In this document: positions 19,317 through 28,361 of the stretch, piece after piece
Numbering within the stretch: the stretch's first letter is position 1
Layout of the letters: each line of letters starts with the position of its first letter
Source of the DNA: Gammaproteobacteria bacterium
GTDB lineage: Bacteria > Pseudomonadota > Gammaproteobacteria > Eutrophobiales > Eutrophobiaceae
Direction of reading: 5' to 3'
Length of the DNA stretch: 64,000 nucleotides
Assembly: GCA_965116495.1 (NCBI GenBank)
Contig: OZ220696.1
Location: 416,001-480,000 of the forward strand
Made by a program: the position numbers and the translations under genes
Notes under the pieces: generated by a model
What the model saw: the letters and a program-made list of their open reading frames with translations, nothing else
Told to the model about the DNA's origin: nothing
The model's database searches: none

Positions 19317-20594
19317 ATGGCCCGTTTCCAGCCAGGTGACGATTACTCCCACCAACCGGTTCCGGAAAATGAAAGGACCGACGCCTATTATATTGCCGTT
19401 ATAATTATCGGCGGCACCATCGCCGTGCCGGGTTTCCTGATGGCGTCTAATATCAGCCAGGGCGCCGGGTTCTATCCGGGATTGATCGGCTTTATCTTGG
19501 GGTGCCAGGTCCTGGCGATAACCGGCGTTTTTGCCGGCATGGTGGGGGCCCGTTCCAAGCTGTCCACCTACCTGATCCTGCGCTATTCCTTCGGCGTGGC
19601 CGGTTACCGGTTCGCGAATTTCCTGATTGCCCTGGTCATGTTCTTCTGGTTTGCTATCCTCTGTAACCTGTTCGGAGCGGCAGCGGAGGAAATCGTATCC
19701 ATCGTTACCGGGATGGAACTCTCCAGGCAATGGCTCGGAGTCCTGGGTGGTTTGATCATGGTAGGTGTGACCATCTACGGGTTTCGTGCGATACAAAAGA
19801 TGGCGCTGTTCATGGTTCCCCTGCTGGCGGTCATCCTGTTGTATGGGGCGTACAGGTCGGTCGTATCCAGCGATGCCGGATTGCTCGGCAGCCCCGGAAC
19901 AGGCGTCCTGGGGATAGGGGGCGCCATATCGGTTGTCATCGGTGCGTACAGCGGCGGCATTGTGACCCTGCCCGATTACCTGCGCTACGCCCGCCACCCG
20001 GAACGCGCACTGGGCGCCGTGTATTTCGCACTGGGAGTTTCATTTCCCATTGTGTTGACGGTCACTGCCATACCCAGTGTGCTTTCAGGCGAACAGGACC
20101 TGATCAGGATCATGCTCACACTCGGTGTCGGGGTTGGCGCCCTGATCGTCCTGATCTTTTCCACGATGTCCAGCAACGTGGGAATGCTGTATTCGGTAGG
20201 CCTGTCAATTGCCGCTTCATTCAAACAGGTAGCATTCTGGCGCAGTGTCGCCCTGTTCGGCCTGCTGGCCACACTGCTTTCCATATTTGATATCGTTACC
20301 TACTTTATTCCGTATATCAGCGTACTGGGAATTTGTATTCCGAGCCTGTGCGGTATCTATATCTGTGATTTCTTTTATGTTAACAGGCAGAATTACTCAC
20401 CTGAAAAACTCGAGACGCTCCCCGCCTATAACCTGCCGGCATTTCTGGCATGGGGCGCGGGATTCCTGGTAGGTTTGCTGAGCGTGAAGGGATATATCAC
20501 CATTACGACGGTATCCGCCTTTGATTCCATGCTGGCTGCCGCATTCTGTTACTGTTTGACATCGTCAAGGCAAACTTTGACGACGACTAAATGA
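19317..20594 (+). CDS. NCS1-family (cytosine permease/CodB-like) transporter
   Basis: About 12 TM segments; DDYS..PVP, R.SFG..G and PDYLRYA motifs. Confidence 0.85.
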   Translation: MARFQPGDDYSHQPVPENERTDAYYIAVIIIGGTIAVPGFLMASNISQGAGFYPGLIGFILGCQVLAITGVFAGMVGARSKLSTYLILRYSFGVAGYRFANFLIALVMFFWFAILCNLFGAAAEEIVSIVTGMELSRQWLGVLGGLIMVGVTIYGFRAIQKMALFMVPLLAVILLYGAYRSVVSSDAGLLGSPGTGVLGIGGAISVVIGAYSGGIVTLPDYLRYARHPERALGAVYFALGVSFPIVLTVTAIPSVLSGEQDLIRIMLTLGVGVGALIVLIFSTMSSNVGMLYSVGLSIAASFKQVAFWRSVALFGLLATLLSIFDIVTYFIPYISVLGICIPSLCGIYICDFFYVNRQNYSPEKLETLPAYNLPAFLAWGAGFLVGLLSVKGYITITTVSAFDSMLAAAFCYCLTSSRQTLTTTK

Positions 20595-21490
20595 GTCTAC
20601 GGGTAGGTGTCGTCGGCTGGGGAGATGCCGGCAGGATTCATGCAAAACACCTGGCGGCGCACGGCGCGCGCCTGGTCGGCGTAGTCTCGCGCAGGCCGCC
20701 GGATTCGGATTTCCCCTGGTTCAGGAGTCTGGAAGATATCCTGCCCGAGGTGGATGCGCTCACGATTGCCACGCCCAATGATCTTCACGCCGGGATGGCG
20801 TTGAAGGCAGTACAGGCGGGTAAGTCAGTCATGGTCGAGAAACCGCTGTGTATAACCCGTGAGGAACTGAGACAGCTCGAACTTGTTCTTCCATCTGCAA
20901 ACGTTCTCTTTCACCTCGGCTATCGCCTTCGTTTCAACGACGAGATTCGACGTTTGCGCCGACCGAAAGGCGACGGGGTTGTTCCCCGCAGAGTACATTG
21001 CAGCTATCAACTGGGAATTGACCGGTTAGCGCCCGGGAAAAGCTGGATCCGCGACCCTGCGCGTAGCGGGGGAGCTTTTTTTGTACTGGGGAGCCATTGT
21101 CATGACCTGGTCCGCTGGCTCTGCCGGGCCCGGGGTAGGGCGCTGACGAATCTTGCTGTGCCTGACAAATTACAGGGTGATTTCCCGCTCCGGGTTTCAC
21201 TTATGGGCCGGCTGGGAGAAACGGAACTCGGAATCTCGGTGGATATGAGAGGATACGCAGATTATCGCCTGCAAATTACGGTGGAATGGCCGGATGAAGA
21301 TGAGCCCCGTTCAGTTGTTCTCTCGGGAGAGCGCCCCGGAGTACGGGAAGAAGCCGAGTACTCCGGTCTCATGGGCAACTTCGTACAGGCCGCAGAGCAA
21401 GGACTGGTTGACCCCGTCACTATTACAGAAATTCTGCAAACCCATCGTGAGCTTCTCGATGCCAGGAATAAACGGCAAAGTCATTGCTGA
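20591..21490 (+). CDS. Gfo/Idh/MocA-family NAD(P)-dependent oxidoreductase
   Basis: GVVGWGDAG Rossmann motif, IATPN..H, VEKP, SGG....GSH..D. Confidence 0.88.
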   Translation: MSLRVGVVGWGDAGRIHAKHLAAHGARLVGVVSRRPPDSDFPWFRSLEDILPEVDALTIATPNDLHAGMALKAVQAGKSVMVEKPLCITREELRQLELVLPSANVLFHLGYRLRFNDEIRRLRRPKGDGVVPRRVHCSYQLGIDRLAPGKSWIRDPARSGGAFFVLGSHCHDLVRWLCRARGRALTNLAVPDKLQGDFPLRVSLMGRLGETELGISVDMRGYADYRLQITVEWPDEDEPRSVVLSGERPGVREEAEYSGLMGNFVQAAEQGLVDPVTITEILQTHRELLDARNKRQSHC

Positions 21491-21689
21491 ACAATGCCTC
21501 CTGGGAGTTCCCGGCAACAGGGGTTCTCCAGTTCTGAAATGAACCTGATTTGAAGATTCTGCGTCTTGACAGTGCAGGATTGATATTGAATACTTGAATT
21601 ACTGATGTTTCCCGGCGCGACGGTTTACGTGCTCAGGAAACACAACCCCCGGATATAAGACATTTTCTGCTACCACCAGGAGAGGAAAC

Positions 21690-23087
21690 GTGAAGCCGAT
21701 ACTGGCAGTCGTCGTCCTGTTCATGTGTTTATACGCTCTTTTCCCGGGATTGCCTGCGAGCACCGAGGCGGATCTCGTGGCAAAGGGAGAGGATATCTTT
21801 TTCAACGAGACGTTTGCCGGGAACGGCCGCACCTGTTCGACCTGCCACCGTCCGGAGGACAACTGGCGTATCACACCGGCATTCATTGCCACGTTGCCCG
21901 AGGATGATCCGCTCTTCGCCCATGAATTCATGCCGGCGTTAGGGGAGAACTTCGAGAAAGCAGACCTCCTGCGGGAGTGGGGCCTGATCCTGATCAACCC
22001 TGATGGCTTCGTCGACCTGGAGAATGACTACGTGATGCGCACCGTGAATTCCCTGCGCTCCGTCCGCACCAGCGTGGAGGGCATGCCCCACGAAGGCATG
22101 GAGAACCAGCTCGATTTCATGGAGCCGCTCACCGGGTGGGCGGGGGACGGTGCGCCCGGCGACGGCAGCCTCCGGTCATTCGCCTTCGGGGCCGTCCTCC
22201 AGCATATGCCCAGGACGCTTGCCCGCAAGCCCGGGGTTGACTTTCGCCTTCCCACCGACGCAGAACTGGATGCGCTGGAAGCGTTCATGCTCACCATCGG
22301 ACGCCAGGAGGAACTCTCGCTGCCCCTGCCGTTGAAGGGGGACCTGGCGCTGCGCGGGCAGGAACTGTTCATTGACAGGGATAACAGCAACGGCCGCTGC
22401 AATGTCTGCCATATCAATGCCGGCGCGTCTTCGCTCCAGGCAAGCGTACTGCCGCAGGGCCGCATCGTGAATCTCGGCAGCATTGTCCATGCCACCGGCG
22501 AGGAGTTCGCACCGGGGAAGCCGACCGAACTCATTCCGCTGGATGGTGGCTACAAGGACACGCACCAGTTCAATACCCCGCCGGTGGTCGAGGCGGCGGA
22601 CGCCGGGCCGTTGTTCCACAGCGGGTTCGTGAAGTCGGTCGAAGAGGCGGTGGACATCTACAATCTCGATGCGTTCAGGAACTCGGGAGTAGGTGTCGCG
22701 CTCACCAAACGCTTCGGAACCGAGACTGATTTATCCGCCAGCGAGGTTCTCGCTATCGGCGCGTTCATGAGGGTCATCAACGCACTCGAAAACATCCGGG
22801 AAACCACTGAACTTCTGGAGTCCAGCCTTGAGAAGGGGTTCTTCGAGAGCGTGCGGGCGCGCGAACTGATACGGCGGGCGGCCTACGAGACGGAAGACGC
22901 CATCATCGTTCTTGACGGTGTGAACCTCCATCCGCTGGCGGTGGGGAGCTTGCGCAGGGCGGAGGAGATCATACACAGCGCCCGGGAAGCAACATTCGCG
23001 CGCAGCGATCTTACCCGGGACGCGCTCGCCGAACTCCAGCGTGCGCGTGAGATATTGATTGAGTCAGAAAAGACGGAGGCTGGATAG
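21690..23087 (+). CDS. Exported di-heme cytochrome c (cytochrome c peroxidase/MauG superfamily)
   Basis: Signal peptide, two CxxCH motifs (GNGRTCSTCH, CNVCH) and FNTPP...PLFHSG. Confidence 0.8.
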   Translation: MKPILAVVVLFMCLYALFPGLPASTEADLVAKGEDIFFNETFAGNGRTCSTCHRPEDNWRITPAFIATLPEDDPLFAHEFMPALGENFEKADLLREWGLILINPDGFVDLENDYVMRTVNSLRSVRTSVEGMPHEGMENQLDFMEPLTGWAGDGAPGDGSLRSFAFGAVLQHMPRTLARKPGVDFRLPTDAELDALEAFMLTIGRQEELSLPLPLKGDLALRGQELFIDRDNSNGRCNVCHINAGASSLQASVLPQGRIVNLGSIVHATGEEFAPGKPTELIPLDGGYKDTHQFNTPPVVEAADAGPLFHSGFVKSVEEAVDIYNLDAFRNSGVGVALTKRFGTETDLSASEVLAIGAFMRVINALENIRETTELLESSLEKGFFESVRARELIRRAAYETEDAIIVLDGVNLHPLAVGSLRRAEEIIHSAREATFARSDLTRDALAELQRAREILIESEKTEAG

Positions 23088-23226
23088 CTGCGACCAGTGT
23101 TGAGATAGCGTGATAATCTCGAAAAGCGCTCGAGTCTTTCCCGGGGTATTAATATTTGAAAACATGCCGAATTACTGACATAATCCTAGGGAAGTTATCT
23201 AAGTCTTCCAATAATCTCACGGGGGA

Positions 23227-24627
23227 ATGGGGGGGGTGACGTTGAGGAAGTTTACATGCATCATCCTTATGCTGCTGTTGTGGTCGTCGGGTTGTTCGGG
23301 CGACCAGCCAGGTTCTGGTAGCGAACTCATCATTACAGATGTCACCTTGATCGACGGCACCGGGTCTGAGCCGCAGGCTGGGGTCGATATCCGCATAGCC
23401 GATGGCCGGATTGTTGAAATCGGTCCGGATTTGTCGGCTTCTTCAGGAGCAGAGACTATCGGCGGCAGCGGGAAATATGTCATCCCCGGTCTAATCGATG
23501 CCCACGTCCACATGGACGCTCCCATTGTCTTCCAGCTTACACCCGAGGAGAAAACCCAGGTCATTGAGAACAACCCCAGGGCTTTTCTGTACAACGGCGT
23601 CACCGCGGTCCTCAACGTATCCTCGAAGGTGGACTGGATCTTCGAACAGCGCCAGGCCGAGCGGGAAGGCAGGCTGCTGTCGCCCAGGCTATACGTAATG
23701 GGCCGTTCTTTTACGCCGGTAGATGGCTGGGGCAGCCGGCATGGCGGCGCCCTTGCCGATGCCGATGATGCAGTGGCCCGCGCCCGGGAGTACATCAGCC
23801 GTGGCACGGATGGGTTCAAGGTGATCATCGAAGACGGTCTGGGAGCATCAGGCACCTACAAAAGAATGAGCGAAGAGATGATGATGGCCATTTCGAAGAT
23901 CGCCCATGAGAACAATGTCCCGATCTATACGCATGCCATCAACCTGGACGAATTCCATTCGGCGGTGGCAATGTTATCAACGGCTATCGTCCATGGGCTT
24001 GAAGACCCCATCCCGCCCGGCGATACCATTCTGCAGGACATGGTCGACAACAACGTGATGTTTGTTCCCACCCATAGCCTCTGGGAGGCGTTCCTGCGCC
24101 ACGACGAGGCGGCAGCCGACCTGAATGATCCGATACTGCGTGACAGCGTTCCCCATTTTCTCCTGGACTATATGCAGGATCCGGACTATCGCGCCGAGGA
24201 GACCCGCCGCTTCCTGGCAGTGGCCGACATGCCGGTTTACAAGTGGGCTGAAGATAAGATTCCTGTCTTCAGTGAGAATATCCTGAAGGCGCACCAGGCC
24301 GGAGTAATTGTCGCCACCGGGACCGACGCAGGCGGACCGGTGGGGTTCAACTTCCAGGGCTATAATCTCCCTTGGGAGGTCAAGCTGTTCGTGCAGGCAG
24401 GATTGACCCCGATGGAAGCCCTGGTGGCGGCCACACTCAACGGCGCTAGGGTAATCGGCGTTGAGGATCAACTGGGCACGGTGGAGGCTGGGAAACTGGC
24501 CGATCTCCTGATCCTGACCGCTAACCCGCTTGATGACATAGAGAACATTCGCCAGATTGAGACCATCATCTACAAAGGCAAGGCCTACCCGCGTATGGAG
24601 TTTGCCTATCAACCCCCGAACGAGTGA
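23227..24627 (+). CDS. Amidohydrolase, probable lipoprotein
   Basis: Lipobox-like LWSSGC, PGLIDAHVH, GFK, TH, VHG, GTDAG, GKLADL. The start may be a few codons downstream. Confidence 0.88.
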   Translation: MGGVTLRKFTCIILMLLLWSSGCSGDQPGSGSELIITDVTLIDGTGSEPQAGVDIRIADGRIVEIGPDLSASSGAETIGGSGKYVIPGLIDAHVHMDAPIVFQLTPEEKTQVIENNPRAFLYNGVTAVLNVSSKVDWIFEQRQAEREGRLLSPRLYVMGRSFTPVDGWGSRHGGALADADDAVARAREYISRGTDGFKVIIEDGLGASGTYKRMSEEMMMAISKIAHENNVPIYTHAINLDEFHSAVAMLSTAIVHGLEDPIPPGDTILQDMVDNNVMFVPTHSLWEAFLRHDEAAADLNDPILRDSVPHFLLDYMQDPDYRAEETRRFLAVADMPVYKWAEDKIPVFSENILKAHQAGVIVATGTDAGGPVGFNFQGYNLPWEVKLFVQAGLTPMEALVAATLNGARVIGVEDQLGTVEAGKLADLLILTANPLDDIENIRQIETIIYKGKAYPRMEFAYQPPNE

Positions 24628-24635
24628 GGTAAAAA

Positions 24636-26921
24636 ATGAAAAATCAAGATTGTCGTTCAGTCAACAAGATCCATTATATTCTACCCGTCAGCCTGCTCAT
24701 TTTGCTGTTCGGAATTACACCGGTAGCGCAGTCCCAGATCGAAGAGATCGTGGTGACCGCCACCAAGCGCGGTGACACGTTGATCCAGGACATACCCCTG
24801 TCCGTGCAGGCGATCAGCGGGGACAGCCTACAGGAAGCAGGGGCGCTGGACTTCAACGATTTTTTCCGCCAGGTGCCGGGTTTGAGTGCCGTCGACCAGG
24901 GGCCCGGTGACAAGCGCTACAACATACGCGGCATCAACTCGGCCGGCGCCGGTACCGTGGGTCTGTATTTCGATGAAATCGTCGTTACCGGCAACATGCT
25001 GACAGCGGCCGGCGGGCGCTCAATTGACGTCAGGCTGTTCGATATGGACCGTATCGAGGTGCTGAAAGGGCCTCAGGGAACCACCTTCGGCTCCAGTTCC
25101 CTTTCCGGTGCGATCAGGTGGATACCTGCTTACCCCGATATGAGCCAGGCCTCCATGGACGTCGGCGCGGGGTTCAGTTCCACCCGCCACTCGGACGGCC
25201 TCGGTTACACGGTCGATGCAATGGTCAACATACCCATCGTCAAGGACAGGGTGGCACTCAGGTTTGCCGGGATAAAGATTGATAACGATGGTTATATCGA
25301 CGATCAGTGGAGGAAAGACGGCAATGACGATGACACCGAAGCCCTGCGCGGCATACTGGCTGTACAGGTGACGGATAATCTGAAATTTTCGGTGTTGGGC
25401 ATGCACCAGGATGCAAGGACTAATGCCAGGGCCGGGTGGATGGACCAGTTGATCGATCTTCCCGTAAGCCCGACACTCAACGGCGGTCCAACGCCTACCA
25501 AGTATTACAACACGGATATGTCCGACGCCAGCTTTGATGACGAGACCGACATGTACAACGTCAAGTTTGAATATGACCCGGAGTGGGGCAATGTGCTTTT
25601 CACATCATCCATGATGCAGCGGGATACATACTCCAGACGGGACGCCTCTGCCGAGATTGAGATTATCACCCGCCTGTCTTTTCCTGCTGACGGCACCGGA
25701 CAGTCTTTTATTGTTCAGCCCCAGAATCGCGAGTTATTCACCAATGAAATCCGCTTTGCTTCCAGTTGGGACAGTCCTTTTCAGTTATTGCTTGGCGGAT
25801 TTCGCCAGTCGGAAGAACGTTTCTTCAGGAGCAAGGTGATAACGGTAGACCCGGTGAGCGGCAGGGTCACACCTGAGTCAATTTCGTTGTTGGACCGCAC
25901 AGTGGACACCTCGGTTGATGAGAAAGCGTTATTCGGCGAGTTGTCCTGGGACATTACGGAACGGCTGAATGTGACGGGCGGTTTCCGCTGGTTTGATTTC
26001 GAGTTATCAGAAATCGCCGCAGCGGTGACCGGCTTTCCGGGCAGGCCCGGCACCGGCCCCGGCCCGGAACTTGCATTTGGCGAAAAGGACATCATTTTCA
26101 AGGCGAATGTCTCCATGGATATCACTGATGACGTATTGGCCTACTTCCAGTTTGCCCAGGGATTCCGCTCCGGCGGGCCGAACGACCAGACGGCAGCCAG
26201 TATCGCCGGCGTCACCATTCCCGCGGGGTTTGGTTCCGACTCGGTGGACAGCTATGAAGTCGGGTTCAAAAGTGAATGGGCGGATAGTAAATTCATTTTT
26301 AATGGTTCCTTTTACTATCTTGACTGGACGGATATACAGGCCCGGCAACAGGCAACCGCTCCCGGTGGGCTGACTTTCTCTTACCGGGGAAATGGAGGTA
26401 CCGCGGAAGTCCTCGGGGTTGAACTGCAAGCCCAGGTACATCCTGCTGAAGGACTGTCTTTCGGCGCTACGTTTAACTACAGCGATGCGGAACTGACCGC
26501 GGACGCGCCCATACCGAGCAATGGGATGGATGGCGATCAAATCCCCCACGTGCCGGAAACCACCTTCAGCTTGAACGGCCGTTATGAACTACCCCTGGGG
26601 TGGGCCGGCTGGACCGGGTTTGTCGGTGGTGATTTTTCCTGGGTGGATGAACAGACCAATGAATTGAGGCCGACCTTTATCACTTATCGTGAGATGGACA
26701 GTTATTCCGTTCTAAACCTGAGAGCCGGTGTTAACGGCTCTGGCTGGTCTGCGGTGGTGAGCCTGGACAACGTGCTGGATGAGGACGAAACCCTGGCTTA
26801 TATCTTTAACGGTGGCAATCAGCCGTCCCGGCTTGGCTTACCTGGGTGGGTCCCCCCGGGAATGGTCCGTCCCTGGCCGCGCATGGTTTCTTTAACAGTG
26901 CGTAAATCGTTTGATTTTTAA
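24636..26921 (+). CDS. TonB-dependent receptor
   Basis: EEIVVTATKR, DRIEVLKGPQGTTFG, C-terminal PRMVSLTVRKSFDF. Confidence 0.95.
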   Translation: MKNQDCRSVNKIHYILPVSLLILLFGITPVAQSQIEEIVVTATKRGDTLIQDIPLSVQAISGDSLQEAGALDFNDFFRQVPGLSAVDQGPGDKRYNIRGINSAGAGTVGLYFDEIVVTGNMLTAAGGRSIDVRLFDMDRIEVLKGPQGTTFGSSSLSGAIRWIPAYPDMSQASMDVGAGFSSTRHSDGLGYTVDAMVNIPIVKDRVALRFAGIKIDNDGYIDDQWRKDGNDDDTEALRGILAVQVTDNLKFSVLGMHQDARTNARAGWMDQLIDLPVSPTLNGGPTPTKYYNTDMSDASFDDETDMYNVKFEYDPEWGNVLFTSSMMQRDTYSRRDASAEIEIITRLSFPADGTGQSFIVQPQNRELFTNEIRFASSWDSPFQLLLGGFRQSEERFFRSKVITVDPVSGRVTPESISLLDRTVDTSVDEKALFGELSWDITERLNVTGGFRWFDFELSEIAAAVTGFPGRPGTGPGPELAFGEKDIIFKANVSMDITDDVLAYFQFAQGFRSGGPNDQTAASIAGVTIPAGFGSDSVDSYEVGFKSEWADSKFIFNGSFYYLDWTDIQARQQATAPGGLTFSYRGNGGTAEVLGVELQAQVHPAEGLSFGATFNYSDAELTADAPIPSNGMDGDQIPHVPETTFSLNGRYELPLGWAGWTGFVGGDFSWVDEQTNELRPTFITYREMDSYSVLNLRAGVNGSGWSAVVSLDNVLDEDETLAYIFNGGNQPSRLGLPGWVPPGMVRPWPRMVSLTVRKSFDF

Positions 26922-26966
26922 GGAAGCCCGAGCTTGACTCGGATTTCTCACAGCATTATCTGATAC

Positions 26967-27000
26967 GCGGACATGGCCGCACTGGTACGGCCATGTCCGC
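26967..27000. terminator. GC-rich hairpin downstream of the TBDR
   Basis: GCGGACATGGCCG, 8 nt, CGGCCATGTCCGC (13-bp perfect stem). No U-tract, so the terminator role is uncertain. Confidence 0.45.
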
Positions 27001-27137
27001 AGGGATGAAATTCCGGAAGAAAACCCCACATCCGGCACAGATTATTGAGAATGAGTGTTGAGTCTATGTCAGGATGTGCTACTCTTCAGAGGAGCCTGGA
27101 GTCAGGTTAGATTAAACGTGATTAAGGAGTATGGAAT

Positions 27138-27371
27138 ATGACCAGTATGTTAATGGAACTATATGATGCGCTTATCAGTGCCGGGGCTGCTGATGCAAAG
27201 GCCAGGGCTGCCGCGGCAGTAGTACCCCATGGAAAGGATTTATGCACCAAGCAAGATCTGGATAAAGGTCTGGCTGAACTGTGTGCCGATATGAAAGTCC
27301 TGAAGTTTGCGGTGTTCAGTATGTATCCGTTTATTCTCGCCCTGGTCATCAAGATGTTTTTTTTCACCTGA
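27138..27371 (+). CDS. Small DUF1640/CCDC90-like protein (head, TKxDL neck, short coil, C-terminal membrane anchor)
   Basis: ELYDALISAGA...KARAAA head, TKQDL, hydrophobic C-terminus. AAGGAG RBS. Confidence 0.6.
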   Translation: MTSMLMELYDALISAGAADAKARAAAAVVPHGKDLCTKQDLDKGLAELCADMKVLKFAVFSMYPFILALVIKMFFFT

Positions 27372-27382
27372 AAATTCTACAG

Positions 27383-28300
27383 TTATTCTGCTTCTTGAAT
27401 CATCTCCAGAGCCTTCTTGAACAGTTCGCTTTCTCCGTTCGCCAGCGACAGCGCCGTGTCGGCATGGTCCTCTCCCTCCAGCAGGAGGTAATGGGCGTCG
27501 ACACCGGCTGCCTGTAGCGCTTCGGTCATTGCCATGGACGACTCCTGGTACCCCTCTTCAGAGCCGACTGCGACCAGTGCGACGGGTACCGGGTCTGTGA
27601 CGTGCAGTACCGGGCTGGCCTGCTCCCGCAGTTCCGGAGTCGGGGCATAGGCATATACCTCACCGGGTCGGCCCCTGGCGCGTAAATCGTAAGGCCCGCT
27701 CACGGGGATAATGCCTTTAATTATCTCCTTCGGCATACCCATCTCCACCAACCATGCGCGGTCAACACCGATATCGGCAGACAGAATGGCGCCGGCCGAA
27801 TGGCCGCCTACGTAGATGGCTTCAGAGTTGCCGCCGTATTGTCCGATGTTTTCAAATAACCATTTGACGGTGCTTTTTACATCATCCGGCTGGTCCGGAT
27901 AATGCGCGCCGCTGCCGGTCAACCGATAACTGGCAACGGCCGTAATCACTCCTGCTTCGATAAAAGGTTCGGCAACCGAACCGTAATGCGACTTGTCTCC
28001 TTCACGAAAGCCGCCGCCGTGTAGGAACAGAAACACCGGGGCGTTCGACACCTCACCTGCAGGCAGGTAAAGGTCAAGGACCTGTTTTGGATCAGTGCCG
28101 TAGGCCAGGTCCAGGTGATGCGGGAATTGTTCTCTTACCCTCGCCGTATGGTCATTCATGCGGTGATAAAAGCCGGTCCAGTCGATGGTGAAATCATCGG
28201 GGTTCTGCACCGTGTAGTATTGGGACATATCCTGGGCATTTGTGACACCAGTTAAAAACGCCAGCAGGAAAACAAGTATTGGTAGTCTTATTTTCAACAT
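27383..28300 (-). CDS. Exported alpha/beta hydrolase (HSL/arylformamidase-like)
   Basis: Signal peptide, LDLY.P, HGGG, GHSAG, C-terminal GEDH. Confidence 0.9.
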   Translation of the reverse strand: MLKIRLPILVFLLAFLTGVTNAQDMSQYYTVQNPDDFTIDWTGFYHRMNDHTARVREQFPHHLDLAYGTDPKQVLDLYLPAGEVSNAPVFLFLHGGGFREGDKSHYGSVAEPFIEAGVITAVASYRLTGSGAHYPDQPDDVKSTVKWLFENIGQYGGNSEAIYVGGHSAGAILSADIGVDRAWLVEMGMPKEIIKGIIPVSGPYDLRARGRPGEVYAYAPTPELREQASPVLHVTDPVPVALVAVGSEEGYQESSMAMTEALQAAGVDAHYLLLEGEDHADTALSLANGESELFKKALEMIQEAE

Positions 28301-28361
28301 CAGTTTATCTCCTTGCAGTTTGTTTTTTTCACCACACAGTATTCACCAGAATGGCATACAA

